Position numbers and translations under genes: made by a program. Shown here one piece after another: positions 12,940-25,110 of a stretch of 64,000 nt of DNA. The first letter of the stretch is position 1; the number at the start of each line of letters is the position of its first letter. Below the pieces are notes generated by a model. That model did not search any database, was not told the origin of the DNA, and saw only the letters and a program-made list of their open reading frames with translations. The DNA is from Basidiobolus meristosporus CBS 931.73 (lineage: Eukaryota > Fungi > Basidiobolomycota). The stretch spans positions 62,001 to 126,000 of the forward strand of contig MCFE01000207.1 of the NCBI GenBank assembly GCA_002104905.1, given 5' to 3'.

Positions 12940-13838
12940 CTTGGATATAACACTTTTTTTTAGCATTATCACTCTGCATGCTATATTTAGAATGCTGGTG
13001 TGATTCTCACAGTGTCACAAATTCACCAGAATCAGTTTGCCAAAGGTTATAAAGATTGACAGGTACCAATATAGAAGTATTAACTGACCAGCAAGATAAT
13101 ATTGGTACAGTGGTGAATGATAAATGGTCATATCTGTCTTGTGTGGCAAAACACTGGCCATGATCCTAATCATACTTCCTATGCTGTCTGTGTGCTTCAT
13201 GGCTCAGAGGCTACCTACAATAGCCACATGGTTTTTTTTCCCTTTACTTGTGGTGTTGAATCAAAGTAGTCTTATCCATGGGGCAAACAGCTTGACTTTC
13301 AACAATGTAATGCTATTATATCACTTTTTGGTCAATACTCATGTGAGTTTAAGACAGTCTTGTATTTGAGAAATTGTACCTATATGAATGTAGGCTTCAA
13401 TGATAACCTGCCATAGTAAGCACTATTAATAAAGTTGTGGCCTCATATACCATCACATATGCAACACTATTTTTTCTTTGGTTTGACTCGCTTCTATATA
13501 AATGCTTCCAACAAATAAAGCAAAGTTCTCTGGCTCCCAACTAAACCCCACCACAGAGGGCAGCAGAGAATGGTTGGATAACAACTTGCTTTGATATTCT
13601 GTGCACAAGCAGGGCTACATCCAAAAAAGGTCATTTTGACAATGTGCCTACTGAAGGCAATGATGAGGACACCTCAGGCTCTCAGTCAAGTAGGCAATTG
13701 AGAATCTCTGCACAGCTGCAAGCTGTCCATTATGCTCAGGCAGATGAGAGTGAAGTAAACATAGTACCTTCAGTTGAAGACAAGCAAGTGGCTGTCATAA
13801 CATCATCACCACCCATATTATATATGTAGAGCAATCAA
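12940..13838 (-). mobile_element. CACTA-like fragment C (reverse orientation; intergenic region and ORF2 start with internal deletion)
   Basis: Aligns with 43420-44018 and 44195-44870. Confidence 0.78.
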
Positions 13839-16800
13839 GGTTCACTGGCTATAGGTACACCTATAGCAATTGGTCATTTGGTGGCAAGGTCAATTGCTAC
13901 TAAGATCCAACAGTTGCATTTCCTAGTGGTTGGCAGACTTCCAATATAGTTAATTCCCCATCTCTCAAATGGTCCTGCAGGCTCCAAAAGAAAGAATTTG
14001 ACAAATCTTTGTGGCTGACCTTTATTGATTTGGCAGTTTAGGCAGGTTTTCACTGGCCTCTCAATATCCTATTTCATTGTGGCCCACAATGCTCAGGCTT
14101 TCACAAAGCTATAGGTTCCTTCAATCCCAATATGGCCATATCCATTGTGTAGCTTATATATTAAATCTAGGCAAGCAACATAAGGGCAATAGGGAACAGG
14201 GCTTCCATCAACAATCCAGTAGAGTGTTTAATCCTGTACTACAAGCTTGCTGGCTTCATCCTGGATTATCTTCTTGATATCTTCATCCACCTCCTTAGGA
14301 ATTGCTTGGTCCTCCAAGTACTTTGGCAATAAGCTAGGTAAATCTGATCCATGCACTAAGCTGAGTTCTGCCACTTGTTGTAGTCTTAACAAGGCATCAG
14401 CAACCATGTTGTTATTTCCAGGGCAGTAGACAATCTCAAAATCAAATTGCTGAATGTATTCACTCCTTGTCATTCTTCTGAATAGTACATTATGGGTAAG
14501 TATGTACTTGAGGGAGGTGTAATCAGTCATTACAGTACATTTGACTCCTTCAATATAGCATCTCCATATCTTCAGGCAGTGTATTATAGCAAGCATCCCC
14601 TTCTCATGCACTGGATAGTTGTGTTCTGCTATGTTCAGTTCCTTGCATTCAAAGGCTATTAGGTAGTCCTTTCCCTTGTGTTCTTGGCTCAGTACTTCCC
14701 AATTGCATAGTCAGAATCATTGGTGCACATTATTAAACTCTCTCTGCAGTCTGGGATTCTTAAGCTTGGCAGCTTGGCAAAGTCATTCTTGAGTGTCTGA
14801 TAGGCAGTCTCACGGACTATGTCCCACTTGATGGTATTGTCTTTCTTGAGAATATCAATCAAAGGGGCTGCAGTACTTGCAAAGAACTTGACCAATATCT
14901 AATAATAGGGAACCATTCCAAGGAATGGACTGAGCACTGATATGCTATGTGGCTGCTTGAGATTCTCAATGACTTCAACCTTCTTGGGTTCTAAGGTCAC
15001 TCCTGAGCTATTCACTATGTGTCCCAGATAATCAACATGTTCCTTCAAGAATTCACACTTTGCTAGCTTGCCATACAGCTTGTTTCCTCTTAGCTTCTTC
15101 AAGTCCTTTTCAATGTGCTCCAAGTGTTCCACTTCTGTCTTGCTGTATTTCAATATGTCATCTAGGTAGATAACCACAAACTTGTCTAAGCATTTCTGGA
15201 AGACTGTTTGAATCAAGGTCATCAATGTTGCAGGGGCATTGGTGAGGCCAAAACTCATGACTAGATACTTGTAATGTCCATATCTGGTTCTGATTGATGT
15301 CTTGGGGATCTCTTTGTTTACACCTTAATCTTGTTATATCCTGACATGAGGTCAATCTTGCTGAATACAGTGGCTCCATTAAGTTGGTCCAAAAGCTCAT
15401 AAAGGCAAGGTGTGGGGCACTTATTCTTCATGATAACTGAATTGAGGGCTCTGTAATCAATGCACATCCTAAGTATTCCATCCTTCTTTTTCACAAAAAG
15501 TATTAGTGCACCCCAAGGTGACTCACTGGGTCAGATATATCATTGCTCAAATTACTGATCTATTTGTTGCTTCATCTCTTCCAACTTCAATAGACTCATT
15601 CTGTAAGATGTCTTACTCATTGCAGGGCTATCTCCTGTGTCAATGGCATGATCCACATCTCTGACCAGTGGTAGGCTTACAAGTTAATCTGGAAATAGGT
15701 CTGAATATTCTTTCAAAAGAGTCTGGACCTTCTGAGGGGCTTTAGTAGAGGAATCTTCCTGTAATACTGCCATGAGGAACATCTGAATGCCTTTTCTAAG
15801 TGCTCTACAGAACTGTGTCTTGCTAAGTTCACTTATTTCGCACACACTGGAATTGACCAAGTTCCAGTCAGGCAGGTAATAGCTCATAGGTCTTATTGTC
15901 CTTTTGAATCTGAGTAGCATGGGTTCTCCAGTCAATTAATGGATAGCAGCAAAATAGCCAGGTTTTTCAAGTACAAGGTCTAACATACAGTTTCAAATAT
16001 TTAGGCCTGTTGGTCATCTTCATAGTCCTTGATCTTCAACCTTACTGGGTGATTAATATGGTTGATTATGTGAGAGTTCCCATCAGCTGTGGAGACTGAA
16101 GTTGATTTAGTGAGTTCTGAGTTGATTCCAGCTTTCAAAGCAAATTGCCCTGACATGTACTCATGCAATGCTCCTAAGTCAATCATGATCTTGGCAGGTA
16201 CTCAATTGAGTACTTCATTCAAGTATAATGGTTTTCCTGAGTTTGAGGTCATCTGGGATAGTAATTCTTCTATCATATGGAAGGTGAGCTAAGAGTCTTC
16301 TTCAAGTTAGTCCTCCATGTTACCAAGTTCAGGGGCTTCAATATGGTTGAAGGTTCTCAATGGCTGGTGTCCATTTCTTCTCTGAGGGCAGTACAATGCA
16401 ATATGTCCCTGCTGGTGGCAATTAAAACAAAGTCCTTTCTTCTTACATTCTTCTGATGTAGGATTCTTCTGCGTAGCATCTATTTACATTGGCACTGATT
16501 CTGATTATCTACTTTCATAGTGATTATAGCCTCTCCAACTAGTCCTTGTGGGCTTTGCAACTCCTACCATAGCTGAGTCATATTTAATGGCAATCCTGAT
16601 GGCTTCTTCAATAGTCTGAGGTCTTCAATAGGTCACTTCTTTACAAGTTCTTTCTTTCAACACATCACTAAAGTATTCCATATGATCCAGAGGGTCCATT
16701 CTTTGATTTGTCAAAGGAATATCTATATTGATAGATGTACTCTTGGACCAGTTCTTTCTGTCTGAGTGTCTTCAACTTTCTTCATAGTAGTGTATGTTGG

Positions 16801-17620
16801 TGGAGGGGTTTAAAGCATCCTGAATTTCCAACACAAACTCATCCCAGGTAGAGATTGTAGAGCATCCCATCATGGTGGCTAACCTGATCTTATTCTGTTA
16901 CTACTGTAAAGCTGCATCTGCCAGGTAAGAGGCTACATAATGTAACTTGCTTTCTGGAGCAATTCCCTTAGCCTTGAAAGCTCAATCAATCTGGAAGAGC
17001 CAAGTTCCAAAGTTTTCATTAACTTTACCATGGTACTGGTTGGCCTTCACACAGAAGTTGCTCTTGACAGGGTTTTGCTGGCTTTGGGTCATGAAAGTTG
17101 CTCCTGGTTGCTGCTGGCTAAGGATCTGGAGTAATTGTAGCTGTTGGGCCAGGATTTGCTGCATAGCATTCTTCCATTCTTGATTTTCTGACATTTAGAG
17201 GGAGGCTTGTTCTTTCTTCAGAAGGAGGTTTCACATTATTGCTGCTACCAATGTTACAAGTCTTGATATAAGAGTTGTAGAGGAATAGGGAGTTTAGCAA
17301 GTGCTGTATTCATTAAAACTTGAACTAATTATTATTGAGGTTCCAGCAGCTACTTATATACAGCTTGCCAGATCAATTGCTGACTAATTGTACTTCCTAA
17401 TGTAGGCTGCAGCTGATGACTCATTTGATTACATTATCATCACCCAATAAGATCCTACTCAATATATCTATTACTGTCTGATAAGGATCTCCTCATTCAG
17501 TTACTGACTAGTGCTACTGATTTGATAGATAACACTGATATACTGATAGGCTAAACATAAAACCAACTTATTTGACAAAAAGCCAATCTGACTTAAACAC
17601 TAAAGCGGCATATCACAACA
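13839..17620 (-). mobile_element. Ty3/Gypsy family G1, degenerate copy truncated within integrase
   Basis: Reverse complement of 25111-28910. 5' LTR 17252-17620, PBS TGGTAGCAG, gag (16982-17194), protease, RT (VIYLDDIL, 14899-15258), RNase H, integrase N-terminus. Confidence 0.95.
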
Positions 17621-17666
17621 CTACTATGCACAAATACTGGACATAAGTATCACAATGGTAGTAATG

Positions 17667-17740
17667 TGTTATGACCTACCACTTGAATGTTTAAGTTAGA
17701 TCAGTGTTTAGCAAAGTCAATTAGTTTAGTAGGCATCCAT
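17667..17740 (+). repeat. G1 LTR 5' fragment, inverted relative to the adjacent LTR
   Basis: TGTTATGACCTACCACTTGAATGTTTAAGTTAGATCAG matches the G1 LTR start at 25111 and 29680. Confidence 0.8.
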
Positions 17741-17744
17741 TATT

Positions 17745-18420
17745 GTATTTGGCTTGTTCCAAAATTTGTTCTTGTAAGGGTAAAGATACTTTCTGTCTTT
17801 GTCACTTTTGACCAAAGTTGCATGGGTATTGAGTCCCTGCTAGTTGAGCTTACAGCTGCTTTGACAGTGGTGACCAAATCTCTCTCTTGAAGTCATTCAC
17901 CTTTCTAAATTTGGCATGTATCACAAAGGGCTCATGCAAGCTCCTCAGATGCACCAAGACTTACCAGATAATTTTAGCAGTTATCAACCTATTGAAAAGG
18001 GATTATCATTATTATCACTTGCTAGAATTGTAAAATGATCTTCCTACACAAAATGGATCCCATACTATTACCACTCTCACATGTAGCTCCATAGTTTGAT
18101 GGAAGGAATGTGAGGAGCATCATTTACAAATGGGAGAAGCTCTGCAAGATGGGCTCCCTGTCTGCATAAGAAGTGGCTGAATACTTCTCCATCTACTACT
18201 CCAATAATGTTACCACTAAGCTTTTTAGACAAGATATTTTCAGTGACAGGACCTTGAGCAAAGTGTAACTGCAAACCAAGTATGTTAGATCCCAAATACT
18301 CTATGGAATTGTGGAACTGAGATACTTTGGAAGGACAGCATTTGCAAAGCTGCCACTTGAATAATTCATTCAGCAACATGAAGACATGTCCAAGCCACTG
18401 TTACAGTTGTGGGCTGTAAC
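17745..18420. repeat. Unclassified degenerate repeat (second copy ~42330-42770)
   Basis: 17760-17860 aligns with 42360-42470 (TTTGTTCTTGTA..AAAGATACT..CTGTCTTTGT..GTCCCTGCT). No family motif confidently recognised. Confidence 0.5.
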
Positions 18421-19399
18421 TGAGCTTACCCTGATCTAATACCTTAATCAAGGACTTCCCAAGAACTTGGCACAGAAAGCTGACCTACTTACAGCCAAGT
18501 ATAACAAGTCTAGGCTCATGCTTTGCAGAGATGAACTATGAACTTCCAGACACAAAGCATACTGCCAACTTTAAGAAGCTCTGACAGTTTAATCTGGCAG
18601 ACCGGTTGACCAAAGAGGCAAGGGATACTGCTGCTGAGAAGTAAGCATACACCACATACAGCATTAGTCAACTTGCCAAGCAGCTGCAGAAGCTAGCCCT
18701 CAAGATTAGTGATTCAGAGGAGATTGCTAAAGAAGGCCAAAGACCTTTGCCAAGCATTATATCCGGTGTAAATATAGAGTTAAATAGGAAGTTGATTGGA
18801 GAACATTAACATAATACCCACTTGTTGTCTTTTTGGGTTGTAACAGAGTGTTGGTACTATAGCACAACTATGTAAAAGCACCACTTGGTCCTTGTTGGAA
18901 GATACTCAGAAGTATTAGTGCCAAGTTTCTGTTCACTTGGACAAGTTTCAGCGCTTTTTGAATCTCAGCATTTCACTAATTCCTGATGAATAGCAAATAT
19001 CTTGCAAACTAATCTTCAGATAATAACCTGAAATACACTGTCTAACTGAGTGCTAGTGCAACGTATATCAGAAACTAGGTGGACTTACAACTATTCATAC
19101 ATCCCAGCAGCTAGCAAGTTTTTGATGTGTCATTTCATGCTTGACATCAAGCATTTGCATGTACAGACACCCTGACTACTTAAACAAGCAACAATGCCCA
19201 TCAGAAGGAAGGAAGAAAAATTCAGTTTATATAAAAGATGCTACCAGCAAATACTGTAACTATAAGAGGTGCTGTAATACTCCCATTTGATTACAGCTTT
19301 GCACAGAGCTTTAGTGGCTACTCCATCTATGCAACATCTGAGCTTTCCACAAGTTACAAGGATGTCCTCCCGGATGAGACATCAAGACACATATTTACA

Positions 19400-19812
19400 T
19401 TCTAGACACCATTTGACACCATTACAAGATAAAAATACTTGAAGAATGTCCCAAAGGTTTTAAAATGCATAGCACATCCAAACAGTTAGATATTAGTAAT
19501 TTGAAACCTGAGAAACAGACAAATGCCATCAATGGTGCAGAAATGGCATGGACAGTTACACAGACCTAGGCCATGTGTCATGGGAACCAATGAGGGTACT
19601 TGCCTAAACTGATTACATCTGGTGGACACAAAGTTAAGCTAAATCTAGGATAACCATTGCTGATAACTTATGAGAGTATCATGACTCAGGGGTAATACTG
19701 ATAATTTGTGCAAAGAAGAATGGGACAAACTCATAAGAATAAATATGAATAAGTGCATCATTATAGCAATGTTAGTGAACTTGTCAATGGGAAGTATGAC
19801 TTCCCTACTATA
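19400..19812 (-). repeat. Diverged LTR-A-related LTR fragment
   Basis: AGCACATCCA..CAGACCTAGGCCATGTGTCA..GGTACTTGCCTAA blocks match LTR-A. Ends TTCCCTACTATA, compared with CCCTACCACA. Confidence 0.65.
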
Positions 19813-19849
19813 CTATTATATCAAAGCGCATATTATTATCTGAACTGAT

Positions 19850-20848
19850 GATACCCCTGCCATCAGCAAGATAGCTGGCATTTCTGGGCACCCTAGATGG
19901 GTTACTGATGAGTGTATAAGATCCAGGGCATATACTTAATAACTCACACATATTATCATTGTCCAAATACCAGCGCAAAGAACATCATCTTCCCACAGAG
20001 AACATATAAATTTTGGCATGTGATTGCAGCAAAGTTGGCAAGCTATAAGCCATTGGCCAGAATATTTGGTCAATTGGAAACAGGAAATAGTTAAGACAGA
20101 GAATATTTGCTGGAGCAAAAGATATTCCTTGAGGTTATTCTTGAGGTACTCTTGCAAAAGTGGCAGCAACTAAGTATATGTTTGCAAAATGTATATGATA
20201 CCAGCAATAATAGATATATGGCAACTTTGCAAGTATCAAATTAAAAAGCTGTAAAGTTGAAGTCTTATTAATGTATCAACTGCAGGTGAGCAAATAGATA
20301 GAGACTGGTAAGCAGGAGGCCATAGTTTTCTTTGATCTAAATAATATGTGGAATATGCAAGGTAGTACTAGGTAAGCAAATAAAGAGGGGTGCTTCACAA
20401 GTGGAATATTTGACTGTCACAGGGGAAGGAAGAGAGAAAAAACCATTTGGTAAATTAGTGAGGTGGCATAATACAGATTTAGCTGTGGACCACTGTACTG
20501 CATTGTAATCCATGCAAAGCTTTGTGATGAGGTCATCAGTGCACCATCAAGTCTCCAGCTAAATAAGGCAATTAGATGTATTAGCTTGTTAGGTCTGCTG
20601 AAACAAACAAAAAGTGCATTAAGACCATTGGAATGCCATGCAATTTTAGTCCAAAAACTGCTTGAGCACAGCCAAGTTTATTACTTTATTTAGTAGTAAA
20701 ATCAGCAAAATACCATCATGATCCTGTCACAAGATTGTCCAGATAGTCAATAATTTCAAGCTGATAGTATTATGATAGATGCATTGGGTGATCCTGATGG
20801 CTAATCTGGATTGCATCCACCCTGAGGATAAAGCTATTTTTCACCAGG
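19850..20848 (+). mobile_element. CACTA-like fragment D (transposase core piece plus right end, internally deleted)
   Basis: DTPAISKIAGISGH motif, then aligns with 30660-30940 and 31930-32610. Confidence 0.78.
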
Positions 20849-20859
20849 CAGCAATGCAA

Positions 20860-21232
20860 GTCAATTTCAATAGACTTTGTTCCTTACCTCCCAGAATCAA
20901 ACTGATTTAATTCAGTCCTAGTAGTGGCAGGTAAACTCACAAAGATGGCTCACTTCATTCCCTAGTCCAAGAGCATATATGCCAAGGAGACTACCCACTC
21001 AGTAATCTAGAGCATCTTCCAACTCCATGGTATTCCCAGTGACATTGTATTGGATAGAGGACCCCAGTTCAAATCAAATTTGCAGTAACACCTTGTGAAA
21101 TATCTTGGTGTGCTAGTCAAGCTCTCAACTAGTTTCCATCCTCAGCAGATTGCTGGACTAAAAGAATTACCCAGATCCTTGATCAATACCTTTAGTGCTA
21201 TATCAGCTTACAGCAAGACAACAGGAACCTGC
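20860..21232 (+). pseudogene. Chromovirus-type Gypsy integrase core fragment
   Basis: Frameshifted SISIDFV..LTKMAHFIP..HGIPSDIV.DRGPQF..VKLSTSFHPQ; interrupted at 21233 by LTR-A. Confidence 0.8.
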
Positions 21233-21759
21233 TGTGGTGGTGTAGCAGTACTTATGAGAGAAGCTACACAACACCAGGTGTGTGAAGTGTCTGATGGGTG
21301 CAATAGCCCTATGAAAAATTATTGAGATGATAGCATCAAAAGGCCATCACAAAGTTAAAGTCCTGTGAGTAGAGATACTGATCTTGCTGGGACACCATCC
21401 ACAGACTGTTGAAAAATAATTGCACCCCAGATTTCACAAAAAACTTTGTCAAAATTTTTCATCACAACAATGTATAAGTGGCTTCTGATTGGTTCCCTGC
21501 CAATTTGCTCACTTTCTGATCCTGGACACTCTAGTACCTCCTACATTTGTGTGACTTGACTGGCTATTGCCTCTTTTTCACACTGCTTACTTCCTGACTC
21601 AACCGTTTCTCTTACTTTTCTTGGAACAAATTTATTAATTTTGGTAGAAACTTCAGTTGTACCTCAATTGCCAATTGTATTGACATAAACAAGTTTCCAT
21701 ACACTACACTAACATTAAGCTCAACCCAACACTCAACTAGTAACTCCATTAAAATCCAC

Positions 21760-24480
21760 TATTCAATTAGTATTTCTGCGGTAATGTTCTGGTTCCACAA
21801 CTTTGATGGGAACCCAATGGCTTTATGCCACTGTTCATTCACTGGTTCCCACACATCTTGGTCTTCAGCTGGCACTGCAAGGTCTAGCTCCTCATCTGCC
21901 AGCCTTTGCAATAGGTCCTTGCAACATTCCAGTATGTTTTCTTGAGCACTGCTCATGAAGAAGTGCTGCAACCTCTTGGTGTGCCAATTAATGTCCAAAG
22001 CTCCACTAAAGGCATTGTGATAGTTCTTCAAGCTCTTGACATTGTAGCCTTATCTGTTAGTGGGATCTCCAATCTGTCAACAATGAAGGCTGTGGAGGCT
22101 GTGGTAGACAAATTGCCTCTTTCAGCAAACTCATCTACCTTGCTGGAGTGTAGCTCAACTGGCTGCACTTCCAACTCATGTGAAAACAGCTGCTTTCTTG
22201 TTGGTAATTCTTCTTGACTATGATGGGATTCAGACTCTTCCTGGCTTGCAGTGTTAATTGGTGAGAACTGCAGTTTTTTTGCATGCCTACCTGTCTCAGG
22301 CTTGGGTAAATATTTTTCCCTTGACCTTTTCCATTATCTCTGCCAGGTCTTTCACTGCTACTTTGACAGGGTGCTTCTTGAGTGGTACTACACCTTTTCC
22401 TTGATAAATATTGTGTTGTTACATCTGTGTCTGCCTGCTTATCCTTGGTTGGCACTCTTCCAGCTACCTGACATCTCTTTGACGCTTTTCTGGAGCTTTT
22501 AGCTCTGGTTGTAATGGGCTATTGAGGAAGTTGCTGGTTTTTAGCCATGGCACCCTTGTTCTTATGGTTTTAATAGTTTCTGCTATTCTTAAGATACTAG
22601 ACTTGTTCCGTTGGATAGTGCCACATTGAGCCATGAGTGCCATATGATGCCATAGTGTGCCAAAGGGGTAAAGTGAGCTTATACTTGGCCACAGAGTGTG
22701 AAACATAGATCTGCATCTTCATGTAAAGCAGCCCCTGTGTTTCACCCATTGAGCTGGAAAAAGTCCATTTTTTTACCTTTTTTTTTGAATCAATGTCATG
22801 CAGGATGTGTAAGAGCACAAAAAGATATAAGACATGCATTGGGTACTCAATACCCATGGCACTCTGAATCTAGCTCCTGTAGCTTGTATCATGTCACAAA
22901 TATGAATGGCACTATCTTGGTCCACTGGTACTATCTGGCACTATAAGTGCTTTGTACAGATCTTACTTTAGGGCTAGTATTTAAATATAGTGCCTGATAG
23001 TACCGGTGGACCAAGATAGTGCCATTCATTTTTGTGACATGATACAAGCTACAGGAGCTAGATTCAGAGTGCCATGGGTATTGAGTACCAGATGCATATC
23101 TTCAGTCTGCTTGTGCTCTAACATATCCTGCACAACATTGATTCAAAAAAAAAGGTCAAAAAATGGATTTTCTCCAACACAATGGGTGAAACACAGGGGC
23201 TGCTTTGCATGAAGATGCGGAGCTATGTTTCACACCCTGTGGCCAGGTAGAGGCTCAATTGGACTCTCTGGCATACTATGGCATCATTTGGCACTCATGG
23301 CTCAATGTGGCACTATCCAACAGAACAAGTCTACTTTGTTAGCATACCAACGCTGGCACAAAATCTGTTAGCCCATGTGAATCCGGGATAATGCTCATGG
23401 AACAAGTCAAGTGCATTCTACTTGGCCTTGAGTTCCTGATGGTCCCATGGTATGTTGGCCTTATGGTGATGGCATGCTAGACTTCTGATAGCCTCTTGTA
23501 TTTCAGCCTACTCTTCACTATTGCACTCAATGGCTTCACAGAACTTCAATGTCTTTTGAATTTTAGGCTTTAGTATAAACACCACATTGTCTCCCTCCCA
23601 CACTGTGATAAATTTTTCTGTGGGCTCTATATTTGGGCATTGTTATTGTGCTTCAAAGACTGTACAGTGTTCCTCTGCTGTTACATTGCAAAATGGCACA
23701 ATTCTTGGTTGTGACATTGAGCTACTTGAGTTCCTTCTTTGCAGCAAAGATACTGCTTTCTCTACCTGGGATATTGATTGCTCTTCACATATTATCCCCT
23801 CATCTGGTTTCTGGACTATTTCCTGATTTCTCTGGGCCATAGCGGGAAGAGTGCCAATAAGGGACAAGCAGGCAGACATGGATGCACCAGCGCTACATTT
23901 ATCAAGAAAAAAGCATAGTACCACTCAAGTAGCACTCAGTCAAAGTAGCAGTGAAGGACCCGGCAGTGGTAAAGATAAGCGGCTTTCTCAGGAGCCTGCT
24001 TTATCTACTGGGTATATAAATTGCTTTATACATATTATCTGCGCATCCTGTTTCTGGACTATTTCCTGATTTTGTGGGCCATTGCATCTATTCCATCAGC
24101 CACTGCACCTAATTGCCTTATTAATGCTTTGGTATGAGCTGACAATATACTTGCTGATATGGGTGGTGGTAATGTTATTATGGCCACTTGCTGGTCTTCA
24201 ACTTAGAGTACTGTGTTTGCTACATTCTCATCTGCCTGAGCATAACCATCACCTTGTAGCTCCACAGAGATTCTCCATTGCCTACTTGACTGAGAGCCTG
24301 AGGAGTCCACATAATATCCTTCAATGGGCACACTGTCCACAGGGTCTTTTTTGTATATAGCCCCACTTGTTGCACTGAATGTCAAAGCAAGCTGTTGTCC
24401 AACCATTCTTCTGATGCCATCAGTTGTGGTGTTTAGTTGAGAACCAGACAACTTTGCTTTATTTTTTGGTGGCATATATA
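21760..24480 (-). pseudogene. CACTA-associated ORF2 (unknown protein: coiled coil + helical domain), disrupted
   Basis: The same minus-strand peptides recur in at least 6 copies (MPPKNKAK.., RQLGAVADRIDAMAQRNQEIV.., WANIQEA..KYLKNSRNY.., HFFMSSAQEN..WEPVNE). Boundaries approximate. Confidence 0.65.
22599..23332. mobile_element. Foldback (long-TIR MITE-like) element copy 1, 734 bp
   Basis: AGACTTGTTCC...GAACAAGTCT, ~347 bp inverted arms, 40 bp spacer, TSD ACT/ACT. Empty-site homologs at ~7190 and ~40255. Confidence 0.93.
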
Positions 24481-25110
24481 TTAAAGTGAATGAAACTAAA
24501 GGGAAAATACTGTTGTTAATATGTGTGTACGTGGTGCCACAACTATATTTATATTGCTTACTATGGCAGGTCATCATTGAATCTTACATTCATGTAGGTG
24601 CAATGTCTCCAATACAAGACTGTCTTTAGCTCACATGAGTATTGACTAAAAAGCAATATAATGGTGTTACATTGTTGAAGGTCAAACTGTTTGCCCCATG
24701 GACAAGACTACTTTGACTCAACACCTTAAGAGAAGAGAAAAAAGACCATGTGGCTAGAGTGGCAAGCCTCTCAGCCATGAAGTATGCAGCCTTCTGAATA
24801 TGGCATGCAGAGTGACAGCTCTGAAGGAGAAGGTTCACTGATGGATTTTGAGCATACCTCCCCTAATAACAGTACCATGTATGAGTCCCGCCAAGTCCTT
24901 ATATGCAATGAGGAAACACTTGTCAAAACAAATGCCAAGGATACTTTATGGAGCCAAGTGAGCGCAGTAATTCATCTACTTGTGAATGATGTAATGTTGT
25001 GGCTAGAGAAGTGGAGCATTTCCACTAATAACAGTAATGGGGGCTTTGAGGATTTATTATTACTTCCTGCCAAAATCACACCAGGATGCAACTTACCATG
25101 TACATGATAC

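Noticed and set aside
22597-23334. Reading the foldback as a Tc1/mariner MITE with a TA TSD (TA|GAC..GTC|TA)
   Set aside because: Empty-site comparison shows 3 bp duplications, and copy 2 ends GTCT|CAT without TA. The apparent TA comes from ANT-like targets next to AGAC ends.
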